Below are positions 9,393 to 18,334 of a stretch of DNA of 64,000 nucleotides, piece by piece. Position 1 is the first letter of the stretch. Every line of letters begins with the position of its first letter. The position numbers and the translations under genes are program-made. The DNA is from Vicinamibacteria bacterium (GTDB lineage: Bacteria; Acidobacteriota; Vicinamibacteria; Fen-336), in NCBI GenBank assembly GCA_035570235.1, contig DATMML010000001.1, positions 799-64,798 on the forward strand. Reading direction: 5' to 3'. The notes beneath the pieces are model-generated. The model did no database searches and was not told where the DNA came from. It worked only from the letters and a program-made list of their open reading frames with translations.

Positions 9393-10439
9393 TCAGGATA
9401 CGTGCGCGCCCTGCGTCTCCACGTAGACCGCATAGAGGGACTGGCTGGCGGTCATGAACAAACGATTGCGTTTAGCGCCCCCAAAGCAGACGTTGGCGCA
9501 GATCTCCGGGAGCCGGATCTGGCCGATGCGCTGTCCCTCCGGGGTGAACACGTGGACGCCGTCGTACCCCTCTCCCCCCCAACCGGCGGCCACCCAGAGA
9601 TTGCCGTCAACGTCCGGGCGCAGACCGTCCGCGTGACCCTGCCGGCCGTCCAGCTCCATGGAGCAGAAACGCCGCCCATCGCGCAGTCGCCTGCCGTCCA
9701 CGACGTCGTAGACGAAGATGTGGGGGCCCGCGCTATCCACGATGTAGAGCTTCTTGGTGTCGGGCGAGAAACAGAGGCCATTCGGCTTGTGGAGGTCGTC
9801 GTTGACCAGCTCCAGCTTCCCCGTGTGGGGATCGACGCGATAAACGGCCTCCTTGATGTAGAGCTCACCCTTGTTCCCCTCGTAGTTCTTCATGCTGCCG
9901 TAGCCGGGATCCGTGAACCAGACGCCGCCGTCGGGATGCACCACGATGTCGTTGGGGGCGTTCAGGGGTTTTCCGTTCCATTCCTGGGCCAGCACGGTGA
10001 CCGCGCCGTTGAGCTCGTAGCGCACCACCCGGCGGTTGGCATGCTCGCACGTGACCTGCCGTCCCTCGAAGTCGAAGGTGTTGCCGTTGGCGTTGCCGGA
10101 GGGGCGCCGGAACTCACTCACGTGGCCGTCCTCGTCCAGTCGCCGCAGCTGGACATCGTTGGGAATGTCGCTCCAGAGTAGGTACCGGCCCCCCGCGCAC
10201 CAGGCCGGCCCCTCCGCCCACGCCATGCCGGTGTGCAAGCGCTGGATGGCGGCGTTGCCGACCATGTATTTTTCAAAGCGCTTGTCGAGGGCGATGATGT
10301 CGGGGTCCGGGTAACGCAGGGGCTGGCGCCCGCTCCAGTCCCGATCCGCGCCGCGGGCGAAGGTGGCGAGGGCGCCGGCTGCGGTCGTGGCGGCGGCCAG
10401 GAACGTGCGCCGATCGAGGTCACGCCGGGTGATGGGCAT
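9393..10439 (-). CDS. SMP-30/gluconolactonase/LRE family lactonase with a Tat signal peptide
   Basis: The real start is the internal Met at 10439 (MPITRRDLDRRTFLAAATTAAGALATFARG), a twin-arginine signal. The beta-propeller lactonase body follows (WAEGPAW, NGLCFSPDTKKLYIVDS). The 101 residues upstream in the track ORF are Pro/Gly-rich and non-coding-like. Confidence 0.8.
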   Translation of the reverse strand: MPITRRDLDRRTFLAAATTAAGALATFARGADRDWSGRQPLRYPDPDIIALDKRFEKYMVGNAAIQRLHTGMAWAEGPAWCAGGRYLLWSDIPNDVQLRRLDEDGHVSEFRRPSGNANGNTFDFEGRQVTCEHANRRVVRYELNGAVTVLAQEWNGKPLNAPNDIVVHPDGGVWFTDPGYGSMKNYEGNKGELYIKEAVYRVDPHTGKLELVNDDLHKPNGLCFSPDTKKLYIVDSAGPHIFVYDVVDGRRLRDGRRFCSMELDGRQGHADGLRPDVDGNLWVAAGWGGEGYDGVHVFTPEGQRIGQIRLPEICANVCFGGAKRNRLFMTASQSLYAVYVETQGAHVS

Positions 10440-10565
10440 CAGGAAACTACTTTCTGGGGCAAGGATCGTCGCCCCGGCAATGTCCAACGGTAGCGGGGGC
10501 CAGTATACCCCCGGGTCCGGGGGCGGGATTGGCGGACCCGTCGCCGAAGTGATAGGAAAGGCACC

Positions 10566-11627
10566 GTGAAGGCGCTGGTGCTCAAGGCCCCCGGAGAACT
10601 CGAGGTCCAGGACGTCCCCTCCCCCCAGATCGGTCAGGGCGATCTGCTCGTCCGGGTGATGGCCTGCGGCATCTGCGGGAGCGACGTCCACGGGCTGGAC
10701 GGCAGCACGGGGCGGCGGATCCCCCCCCTCGTGATGGGGCACGAGGCGGCGGGGGTGGTCGAGAAGGTTGGAGCGGGAGTGGACGCTTTCGCCCCCGGCG
10801 ACCGGGTTGCCCTCGATTCGACGATCTACAATCCCGAGAGCTTCTTCTCCCGGCGCGGCCTTCCCAACCTATGCGACGAGCGCCGAGTGCTCGGCGTCTC
10901 CTGCGCGGACTACCGACAGGATGGGGCCTTCGCGGAGCTGGTGGCGGTGCCCTCGCACATCGCCTACCACCTGCCCCCCGGAATCAGCTTCGAGCAAGCG
11001 GCCATGGTCGAGCCCTTGGCTATCGCGGCGCATGCCCGCCGGCTCACGGTGGTGGCGGCGGGGGACACCGTCCTCGTGATGGGCACGGGTCTCATCGGCC
11101 TGATGACGGTCCAGGTGATCCGGCAGACCCCGGGGGTGCGCATCGTGGCCGCGGATGTCGAGGACGATCGTCTGGCGTTGGCCCGCGACCTGGGCGCCCA
11201 CGAGGTCGTCAACTCCCGGGCCCACGACGTGGTGGCGGCGGTCCGAGCCTTGACGGGGGGGCGGGGGGCGGACGTGGCCTTCGAGGCGGCCGGGATCGAG
11301 GCCACGGTGCGGGGGGCCATCCTGGCCGTGCGCAAGGGCGGCAGTGTGATCCTCCTCGGCAACCTCGCCCCCGATGTGTCCTTCCCCCTGCAGGCGGTGG
11401 TGACCCGGCAGATCCGCGTGCAGGGTTCGTGTGCCTCCAGCGGGGAGTATCCAGAGTGCCTGGAGCTGATCGGGTCGGGAAAAGTGGACGTCGATCGCTT
11501 CATCTCCGCGTCCGCGTCCCTCGAGGAGGGGCCGCTGTGGTTCGGTCGGCTCTACCGGAAGGAACGGGGCCTGCTGAAGGTCCTCCTCAAGCCGAACCAG
11601 GAATCGGGCCGGGGAGGCCAGGGGTGA
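10566..11627 (+). CDS. Zn-dependent alcohol/polyol dehydrogenase (MDR superfamily; sorbitol/L-idonate dehydrogenase-like)
   Basis: The catalytic-Zn motif GHEAAGVV, the structural-Zn CGxCxxC-like segment (MACGICGSDVHG) and the Rossmann segment GTGLIGLMTVQV are all present. The start is a GTG at 10566 with an upstream GGAAAGG. Confidence 0.8.
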   Translation: MKALVLKAPGELEVQDVPSPQIGQGDLLVRVMACGICGSDVHGLDGSTGRRIPPLVMGHEAAGVVEKVGAGVDAFAPGDRVALDSTIYNPESFFSRRGLPNLCDERRVLGVSCADYRQDGAFAELVAVPSHIAYHLPPGISFEQAAMVEPLAIAAHARRLTVVAAGDTVLVMGTGLIGLMTVQVIRQTPGVRIVAADVEDDRLALARDLGAHEVVNSRAHDVVAAVRALTGGRGADVAFEAAGIEATVRGAILAVRKGGSVILLGNLAPDVSFPLQAVVTRQIRVQGSCASSGEYPECLELIGSGKVDVDRFISASASLEEGPLWFGRLYRKERGLLKVLLKPNQESGRGGQG

Positions 11628-12409
11628 ACAGAAATCCTTTCGACCTCTCGGGAAGAGTGGCGATCGTTACCGGGGCCAGCCGCGGGCTGGGAAAGAGCAT
11701 GGCGCGGGCCCTGGCCCAGGCGGGGGCGGACCTGGTGGTCACGGCGCGCAAGAGGGAGGACACGGAGGGGACGGTAAAGGAGCTGTCTGGCCTGGGGGGG
11801 AGCGTCCTCGGCCTTCCCCTCGATGTCCGCGAGCAGGCCAGCATAGATCGCCTGGCCGCGGAAGCGCAGGCCGCCTTCGGCCACATCGACATCCTGGTCA
11901 ACAACGCGGGTGGCAACGTGCGCAAGCCCGCCCTGGAGGTGACCTGGGAGGATTGGAATCAGGTGCTGGACACGAACCTGCGCGGGACCTTCTTCGTGGC
12001 CCAAGCGGTGGCGCGGCACATGATCCCGCGGCGCCGGGGGCGCGTCATCAACATCGGGTCCGTGACTTCGGTGTTCGGCTACGCGGGGATCGCCCCATAC
12101 TGCGCGAGCCGCGGGGGGGTGAAGCAGCTCACCATGAGCCTGGCCGACGAGTGGGGGGCGTTCGGCATCACCGTGAACTGCCTGGCCCCGGGCTGGTTCC
12201 GGACCGCGCAGACGGAGGCTCTCTACCAGAACCCGCGCTGGGTCGAGTACATCTGCGACCGCATCCCGCTCCGCCGACCCGGCCTACCGGACGACCTCGA
12301 AGGGGCAGTGGTGTTCCTCGCCTCGGACGCCAGCGCGTATGTCACCGGCCAGACCCTGCTCGTGGATGGCGGGATCTCGACGGGCGCGACCCGGGCCACC
12401 GCGGAGTGA
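11624..12409 (+). CDS. SDR family oxidoreductase (KduD/gluconate 5-dehydrogenase-like)
   Basis: TGASRGLGKSMA is the cofactor-binding motif. NNAG and the YxxxK motif (YCASRGGVK) are present. The start is a GTG at 11624 that overlaps the ADH stop (GTGA) after GGGGAGG. The upstream part of track ORF 10871.. is an overlapping frame of the ADH gene. Confidence 0.8.
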   Translation: MNRNPFDLSGRVAIVTGASRGLGKSMARALAQAGADLVVTARKREDTEGTVKELSGLGGSVLGLPLDVREQASIDRLAAEAQAAFGHIDILVNNAGGNVRKPALEVTWEDWNQVLDTNLRGTFFVAQAVARHMIPRRRGRVINIGSVTSVFGYAGIAPYCASRGGVKQLTMSLADEWGAFGITVNCLAPGWFRTAQTEALYQNPRWVEYICDRIPLRRPGLPDDLEGAVVFLASDASAYVTGQTLLVDGGISTGATRATAE

Positions 12410-12446
12410 GAGAGCTCGGGTGCATCCCGGAGGAAGCGACCCCAAG

Positions 12447-13793
12447 GTGAAGGGCGACTCCCGGCCCCCTCCCAGCCCGCTGGATCGCGCCCGCCGCAAA
12501 GCCTATCTCCGGCTACTGCCCTTCTGCTTCGTCTCCTACGTCGTCGCTTATGTAGACCGGTCCAACGTGGCCATCGCCAAGCTGACCATGAGCCGGGATC
12601 TGCCCGGCTTCGACAACGCGGTCGTGGGGTTCGGCGCGGGCATCTTCTTCCTCGGCTACTTCCTCCTCGAGATCCCCGGCACTCTGATCGTGGAGAAATG
12701 GAGCGCCCGCAAGTGGATCAGCCGCATCATGATCACCTGGGGAATCACGGCCGCCCTCACCGCCGCCGTCAAGACCCCTTCCCAGTTCTACCTCGCGCGC
12801 TTCCTGCTCGGGCTGGCGGAGGCGGGCTTCTTTCCGGGGGTCATCGTCTACCTGACCCACTGGTTCCCCAGCCGCGACCGGGCCCGCGCCCTGGCCTACT
12901 TCTTCGTGGCCACCCCCATTGCCCAGGCCGTGAGCCCGAAGCTGTCCAACGTGTTCCTGCGGATCGGCACCGACGAAGTGGTGGGCGGAGTTGTCGTGCA
13001 CCACCCGGCCTGGCTCGGCCTCGTCGGGTGGCAGTGGATCTACGTCGCCTGGGGGATCCCCGCGGTGCTGTTGGGGATCGCGGCTCTGTTCGCCCTCACC
13101 GACTGGCCCCAGCAGGCCCGCTGGCTGACCACGGAGGAACGGGAGGCGCTCCTGGCCGAGCTCGCGCGCGAGAAAGCCGCGGGACTGGCCCGGCCCCATA
13201 TGGGCGTCGGGGAGGCCCTTCGCCATCCGAAGGTGCTCCTGCTGGCCACGGTGTACTTCCTGGCCGTAACGGGCAGCTACGGGATCGAGTTCTTCATGCC
13301 CAGCATCCTTCAGCGGTGGTACGCCCTCGACTTCGGCACCCTAACTTGGCTCGTGGTCCTGCCCCCCCTGCTCGCCCTGGGTGGGCAACTCTTCGTGGGC
13401 TGGAGCTCCGACCGAACCCGAGAGCGACAGCTCCACGCGGCGGTCCCCTTGGCTTGCTCCGCGCTGGGTCTGCTCCTGATCACCCAGAGCCGGGGCCACC
13501 TCGTGTTGAGCGTCCTTTGTTTCATGCTGGCCTTCGCGGGCTTCAAGGCCTACCTACCGGCATTCTGGTCCTTGCCCAGCCTCTTCCTCAGCGAAGCGGC
13601 GGCGGCGGGGAGCATCGGGCTCATCAACTCCCTTGGAAACCTCGGCGGCTTCATGGGGCCCTACGTACTGGGCACGCTGGAGTCGCTCACGGGATCCTTC
13701 GAGGGGGGGCTGCTCTTCCTGGGCGCGTCCATGAGCCTGGCCACCGTCGCCGTTCTGCGGCTTGGGCTGGGGAAGGGAGACCCTCCTCAGTAG
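12447..13793 (+). CDS. MFS transporter, ACS (anion:cation symporter) family, hexuronate/aldonate type
   Basis: The signature YVDRSNVAIA lies in TM1, and the protein reads as a 12-TM MFS. I chose the GTG at 12447 (VKGDS...) as the start. An alternative GTG lies at 12420. There is no in-frame ATG before TM1. Confidence 0.7.
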   Translation: MKGDSRPPPSPLDRARRKAYLRLLPFCFVSYVVAYVDRSNVAIAKLTMSRDLPGFDNAVVGFGAGIFFLGYFLLEIPGTLIVEKWSARKWISRIMITWGITAALTAAVKTPSQFYLARFLLGLAEAGFFPGVIVYLTHWFPSRDRARALAYFFVATPIAQAVSPKLSNVFLRIGTDEVVGGVVVHHPAWLGLVGWQWIYVAWGIPAVLLGIAALFALTDWPQQARWLTTEEREALLAELAREKAAGLARPHMGVGEALRHPKVLLLATVYFLAVTGSYGIEFFMPSILQRWYALDFGTLTWLVVLPPLLALGGQLFVGWSSDRTRERQLHAAVPLACSALGLLLITQSRGHLVLSVLCFMLAFAGFKAYLPAFWSLPSLFLSEAAAAGSIGLINSLGNLGGFMGPYVLGTLESLTGSFEGGLLFLGASMSLATVAVLRLGLGKGDPPQ

Positions 13794-13895
13794 GCGGCGG
13801 GAGGGCGACGCCTCCGTTCCTGAGGCTCTGCCCTCGCCGAGCACGCCACCAGCCGACCGCCGGCTTCCGCGCGGCGATCATCCGGGTCAAGAGGT

Positions 13896-15347
13896 TCAGT
13901 ACTTCACGTAGACCGTCTTCGTCTCCGTGTAGAACTGCATGGCGGCGGGGCCCTGCTCACGCGGGCCGCAGCTGGAGTCCTTTAGGCCCCCGAAGGGGAT
14001 CTGGTACTCGATGCCCGCGGAGGGCAGGTTGACCATAATCACGCCCGCCTCCGCGCTCTGGACGTACTCCAGCGCGCGCGAGAGGTCCCGGGTGCAGATG
14101 GAGGCGGAGAGGCCGAAGCGCACCTCGTTGGCCACGCGCACCGCGTCCGGGAAGTCCTCGACCTCGAGCACGGTGAGGAGCGGGCCGAACACCTCTTCCT
14201 GGGCCAGGCGCGCGGAGGGGGGCACCCCGGTCACGATGGCGGGCCGTATGAAGTGACCCTGGGCCAGAGCGCCCTCGGTGAGCCGCTCCCCGCCGTAGAT
14301 CACACGCCCGCCCTCCGCGCGCCCCAGCTCCACATAGCGCAGGGTCGTCTCCAACTGCTGGGCGTCGATGGCGGGCCCGAGTTGGGTGGCGGGGTCGCGG
14401 GGGTCGCCGATCTTGAGCGACCGCGTCCGCTCCACCAGCCGCTCCAGGAAGGCCCCCGTCACAGGCTTTTCTACGATGGCCCGGCTCGTCGCCGTGCACC
14501 GCTGCCCGGCGGAAAAGAAGGCGGCGTTGAGCACGCACTCCACCGCGTTGTCCAGATCCGCGTCGCGGAGGACGATGGTCGGGTTCTTTCCTCCCATTTC
14601 GAGCTGGACGCGGGCCAGGCGCTGCGCCGCCACCTGGGCGATGGCGCGGCCGGTCACGTCCGAGCCCGTGAAGGAGATGGCCCGCACCTGGGGGTGGGCG
14701 ACGAGAGGCTGGCCCGCCCCCGTCCCCGAGCCGCTCACGTAGTTGAGGACGCCCGGGGGCAGCCCGGTGGCTTGGAGGATCTCCGCCAGCCGGAGCGAGG
14801 TCAGGGGGGCCTGAGAGGCGGGCTTGAAGACCACCGTGTTGCCGCACACGAGGGCGGGGGCGATCTTCCAGGCGGGTATCGCGATGGGAAAGTTCCAGGG
14901 GGCGATGAGCGCGGCGACGCCCACCGGCTGGCGGAGGGTGTACATGAAGATCCGCTCGCGCTCGGAGGGGACCACCTCCCCCCGCAGGCGCGTCCCCTCC
15001 CCTCCGAAGTATTCGAGGATGCGCACCGCCCTCGTCACCTCGCCCTTCGCCTCCCCGATGGTCTTGCCTTCCTCCCGGCTCAAGAGGTCGGCGAGCTCAT
15101 CCAGGCGTTCCTCGAGGCGGTTCGCCGCCTTCAGCAGGTGCCGCCCGCGGAGGGGCGCGGGCCGGGCCGCCCAGTCCGGAAAGGCCCGCGCCGCCGCCCC
15201 CACCGCATCCTCGACGTCGCCGGCATCCGAGTCTTGAAGCCAACCCACGACGTCGCGGGTGTCGGCGGGGTTGGTGTCGGGGAAGGTTCGGCCGCTGCGG
15301 GCCGGCCGCCACTCGCCGTCGATCAGGTTCAGGAATGTCTCCGTCAT
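13896..15347 (-). CDS. NAD(P)-dependent aldehyde dehydrogenase, alpha-ketoglutaric semialdehyde (2,5-dioxovalerate) dehydrogenase-like
   Basis: The ALDH glutamate motif is LEMGGKNPTIV and the catalytic Cys motif is FFSAGQRCTATSR. I chose the start MTETFLNLIDGEW at 15347, which follows GGAGGAG. An alternative ATG lies 15 nt upstream. Confidence 0.8.
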   Translation of the reverse strand: MTETFLNLIDGEWRPARSGRTFPDTNPADTRDVVGWLQDSDAGDVEDAVGAAARAFPDWAARPAPLRGRHLLKAANRLEERLDELADLLSREEGKTIGEAKGEVTRAVRILEYFGGEGTRLRGEVVPSERERIFMYTLRQPVGVAALIAPWNFPIAIPAWKIAPALVCGNTVVFKPASQAPLTSLRLAEILQATGLPPGVLNYVSGSGTGAGQPLVAHPQVRAISFTGSDVTGRAIAQVAAQRLARVQLEMGGKNPTIVLRDADLDNAVECVLNAAFFSAGQRCTATSRAIVEKPVTGAFLERLVERTRSLKIGDPRDPATQLGPAIDAQQLETTLRYVELGRAEGGRVIYGGERLTEGALAQGHFIRPAIVTGVPPSARLAQEEVFGPLLTVLEVEDFPDAVRVANEVRFGLSASICTRDLSRALEYVQSAEAGVIMVNLPSAGIEYQIPFGGLKDSSCGPREQGPAAMQFYTETKTVYVKY

Positions 15348-15478
15348 CGGCTCCTCCCCCATGTAGGTGGCTCCTGTATGGTGCCGTCGGCCGGGCCCCG
15401 GAAGCAATTCCGGCCCATGGGCCCCGTCTACAGGGCATCGTAGGGGAGCCTATAATCGCGTCGACCACCAAAGGGAAC

Positions 15479-16861
15479 ATGCTCCGCTTTGATCGCCCCC
15501 GCACACCGTCGGAACTGCTGCCGAAGGTCGAGCGGCTGTTCGCGCTCTCCGCGGAGAAGATCCGTTCCCTGGAGAAGACCTGGGATCCCGCAGCGGGGGC
15601 ACCCGTCTTCACGGTGGACGGGCGCTACCGGGCGCGGGGATGGACGGAGTGGACGCAGGGCTTCCAGTTCGGCTCCGCGCTGCTGCAGTTCGACGCCACT
15701 GGGGAGCGGGAATTCCTCGAGCTGGGCCGGGCCCAAACCGTGGAGCGGATGGCGCCCCACCTCACGCACATGGGGGTGCACGACCACGGTTTCAACAACG
15801 TGAGCACCTACGGGACTCTCTGGCGCCTGGCAAGGGAAGGACGGCTGGAGGCGGGGGCCTGGGAAGCAAGCTTCTATGAGCTGGCGCTCAAGGTCAGCGG
15901 TGCCGTGCAGGCCCGGCGCTGGACTCGCATCCGGGGCGGCGGCTTTATCCATTCCTTCAACGGCGCCCACTCGCTATTTGTGGACACCGTCCGCTCTCTG
16001 CGCGCCCTGGGGTTGGCCCATCTCCTCGGCCATCAGCTGCGGGAGGACCAGGATGAGAGCGTGAGCCTGCTGGAGCGGCTCATCCAGCACGCCCGCACCA
16101 CCGCCGAGTACAGCGTCTATTACGGCCGGGGGCGGGACCGCTTTGACGTGCGGGGCAGGGTGGCCCACGAGAGCCTCTTCAACCCCGCCAACGGGACCTA
16201 CCGGGGCCCGAGCACGCAGCAGGGCTATTCGCCCTTCACCACCTGGACGCGCGGCTTGGCCTGGGCGATGCTCGGTTTCGCTGAGCAGCTCGAGTTTCTG
16301 GCCACGCTGGCCGACGACGACCTCGCTTCCCTGGGGGGGCGCGCCCCTATCGAGGTGTTGATGCTGAACGCGGCGCGCGCCACCAGCGACTTTTACGTGG
16401 AAGCCGCAGCCGCCGCGGACGGGGTCCCCTATTGGGACACGGGTGCGCCCGGCCTCCTCGCCGTTCCCGAGTGGAGCACCCGCCCCGCCGACCCCTTCAA
16501 CGACCACGAGCCCGTGGACAGCTCGGCCGCGGTCATTGCTGCTCAGGGCCTGCTCCGGCTGGGGCGGTACCTCGCCCGCAGAGGCGAGGACGGCACGCGC
16601 TACGAGCAGGCAGGCCTGCGGACCCTCGACGCCCTTTTCGACCCGAGCGGTCCCTACCTGAGCACGGACCCGGGGCACCAGGGCCTCTTGCTCCATTCCG
16701 TCTACCATTGGCCCAACGCCTGGGACCACGTCCCGCCCCGGGCGCGCACCCCGCGCGGCGAGTCGAGCCAATGGGGCGACTACCATGCTCGGGAGGCTGC
16801 TCTCTACCTGCAGCGGCTCGCGGGCAAGGGACCCTACCTCGCCTTTTTCGGACCTCCCTGA
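15479..16861 (+). CDS. six-hairpin (alpha/alpha)6 glycosidase-like protein. It resembles the unsaturated glucuronyl/rhamnogalacturonyl hydrolase families (GH88/GH105), and the family assignment is tentative.
   Basis: This is a long ORF with coding-like composition. It has W- and H-rich acidic motifs (HMGVHDHGFNN, WTRGLAWAMLG, GESSQWGDYHAREAALYL) of the kind seen in UGL-like hydrolases. I placed the start at the internal ATG at 15479. Confidence 0.55.
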   Translation: MLRFDRPRTPSELLPKVERLFALSAEKIRSLEKTWDPAAGAPVFTVDGRYRARGWTEWTQGFQFGSALLQFDATGEREFLELGRAQTVERMAPHLTHMGVHDHGFNNVSTYGTLWRLAREGRLEAGAWEASFYELALKVSGAVQARRWTRIRGGGFIHSFNGAHSLFVDTVRSLRALGLAHLLGHQLREDQDESVSLLERLIQHARTTAEYSVYYGRGRDRFDVRGRVAHESLFNPANGTYRGPSTQQGYSPFTTWTRGLAWAMLGFAEQLEFLATLADDDLASLGGRAPIEVLMLNAARATSDFYVEAAAAADGVPYWDTGAPGLLAVPEWSTRPADPFNDHEPVDSSAAVIAAQGLLRLGRYLARRGEDGTRYEQAGLRTLDALFDPSGPYLSTDPGHQGLLLHSVYHWPNAWDHVPPRARTPRGESSQWGDYHAREAALYLQRLAGKGPYLAFFGPP

Positions 16862-16872
16862 GGGGGCCGACC

Positions 16873-17691
16873 ATGGCTGTGAAGAAGAAGGAGCGACCCA
16901 CACGGAAGAAGAACCGGGCCCCCGATCGGGTCGCCCTCGTCACGGGGGGCACGCGCGGGATTGGTCTGGGCATCGCCCGCGCTCTGGCCAGCGAGGGCTG
17001 GAACCTGGCCCTCGGCGGTGTTCGCCCGGAATCTTCGGTGCGGGAAGTCCTCAAGGAGTTGCGCGGCGTCGGTGCCGATGTTCTCTACTGCCCCGCAAAT
17101 CTGGCCCACGCACGGGAGAGGACGCGGCTGGTGGAGGCGGTTGTCCGCCGCTACGGCGGGCTGAACGCCCTCGTGAACAACGCCGGCCGGGCGCCGCGCG
17201 TACGGGCGGACATCCTGGATGCCAGCGAAGAGAGCTTTGAGGAGCTCCTCCGCACGAACCTCCAGGCCCCGTACTTCCTGACCCAGCACGTGGCCCGGCT
17301 GATGCTCGAGCGGAAACGCGAGCACCCCACTACCCGCGCGGCGGTCGTGTTTGTGACCTCCGTTTCCGGGGAGATGGCGTCCACAAACCGGGGGGAGTAT
17401 TGCGTGAGCAAGGCCGGCCTCACCATGGCGGCACGCCTTTTTGCCGCTCGCTTGGCTAAGGACGGCATCGCCGTTTACGAGGTGCGGCCGGGGATCGTGG
17501 CCACGGACATGACCGCACCCGCGCGGGAGGCGTACGACCGGCTCATCGCGGAGGGCCTTGTTCCCGAGCGCCGCTGGGGCAGCCCCGAGGACGTGGGCCG
17601 CGTGGTGGCCGCGCTTTTGCGCGGAGACCTCCCCTACGCCACCGGCGCTGTCATTCCCGTGGACGGCGGGTTGTCGATTCCCCGGCTGTGA
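16873..17691 (+). CDS. SDR family oxidoreductase
   Basis: The real gene begins at MAVKKKERPTRKKNRAPDRVALVTGGTRGIGLGIA (cofactor-binding motif TGGTRGIG). NNAG and the YxxxK motif (YCVSKAGLT) are present. The 147 residues upstream in the track ORF are Arg/Pro-rich artefact that overlaps the previous gene. Confidence 0.8.
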   Translation: MAVKKKERPTRKKNRAPDRVALVTGGTRGIGLGIARALASEGWNLALGGVRPESSVREVLKELRGVGADVLYCPANLAHARERTRLVEAVVRRYGGLNALVNNAGRAPRVRADILDASEESFEELLRTNLQAPYFLTQHVARLMLERKREHPTTRAAVVFVTSVSGEMASTNRGEYCVSKAGLTMAARLFAARLAKDGIAVYEVRPGIVATDMTAPAREAYDRLIAEGLVPERRWGSPEDVGRVVAALLRGDLPYATGAVIPVDGGLSIPRL

Positions 17692-17802
17692 GCGCACGCG
17701 GCGCTGGTTCCGTCGATACGTGCAGGCGGGGGATGGGGCAAACTATCAGGCGGCCATGAACGCTGCGCTCCGCGAGCCCGTTGTTAGACCGCGAGGACAC
17801 AG

Positions 17803-18189
17803 ATGAGATCACTCGCACTGCTCGTCGCCGTTTTCATCATGCTTGTCGGCGTGGCGGGCGTCCTCGCCCCCGAGAGCCTCATGACCTTGGCGCGATACGC
17901 GGTTACGCCGGTCGGACTCTATGTAGTCGCTGCGGTTCGAGTCGGCATTGGGCTGGCGCTCCTTCTTGCCGCGCTAATATCTCGTGCTCCCAGGACCCTG
18001 CGTGTTTTTGGAGCCGTTGCCCTCGTTGCGGGACTCGCGACACCACTCCTCGGGGCGGAGCGCGCGCAAGCGATTCTAGATTGGCAGTTGAGCCAGGGCT
18101 CCGTGCTGATACGCGTGGGCGCCGCGCTTGCGTTGGCGATCGGTGTCTTCTTGGCCTTTGCCGTTGCCGGTAGCCGCCGCGCTGTCTAA
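17803..18189 (+). CDS. small hydrophobic membrane protein (hypothetical, about 4 TM)
   Basis: The 128-aa ORF is almost entirely Ala/Leu/Val/Gly with a high-GC3 coding pattern. It has no recognisable family. Confidence 0.45.
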   Translation: MRSLALLVAVFIMLVGVAGVLAPESLMTLARYAVTPVGLYVVAAVRVGIGLALLLAALISRAPRTLRVFGAVALVAGLATPLLGAERAQAILDWQLSQGSVLIRVGAALALAIGVFLAFAVAGSRRAV

Positions 18190-18334
18190 CATCGCACCGG
18201 AGCCTACGGTTGACCCGCAATTGTGTTGGTGAAGCGACCGGCACATCGTCCGTAGCTGAGCGCGTGAGGCCGCTCCAGCAGCGGACGGGGGGGCCAAGTA
18301 GGAGTCTGCGGTTGCGCTGGCCCAGGACGCCCCT

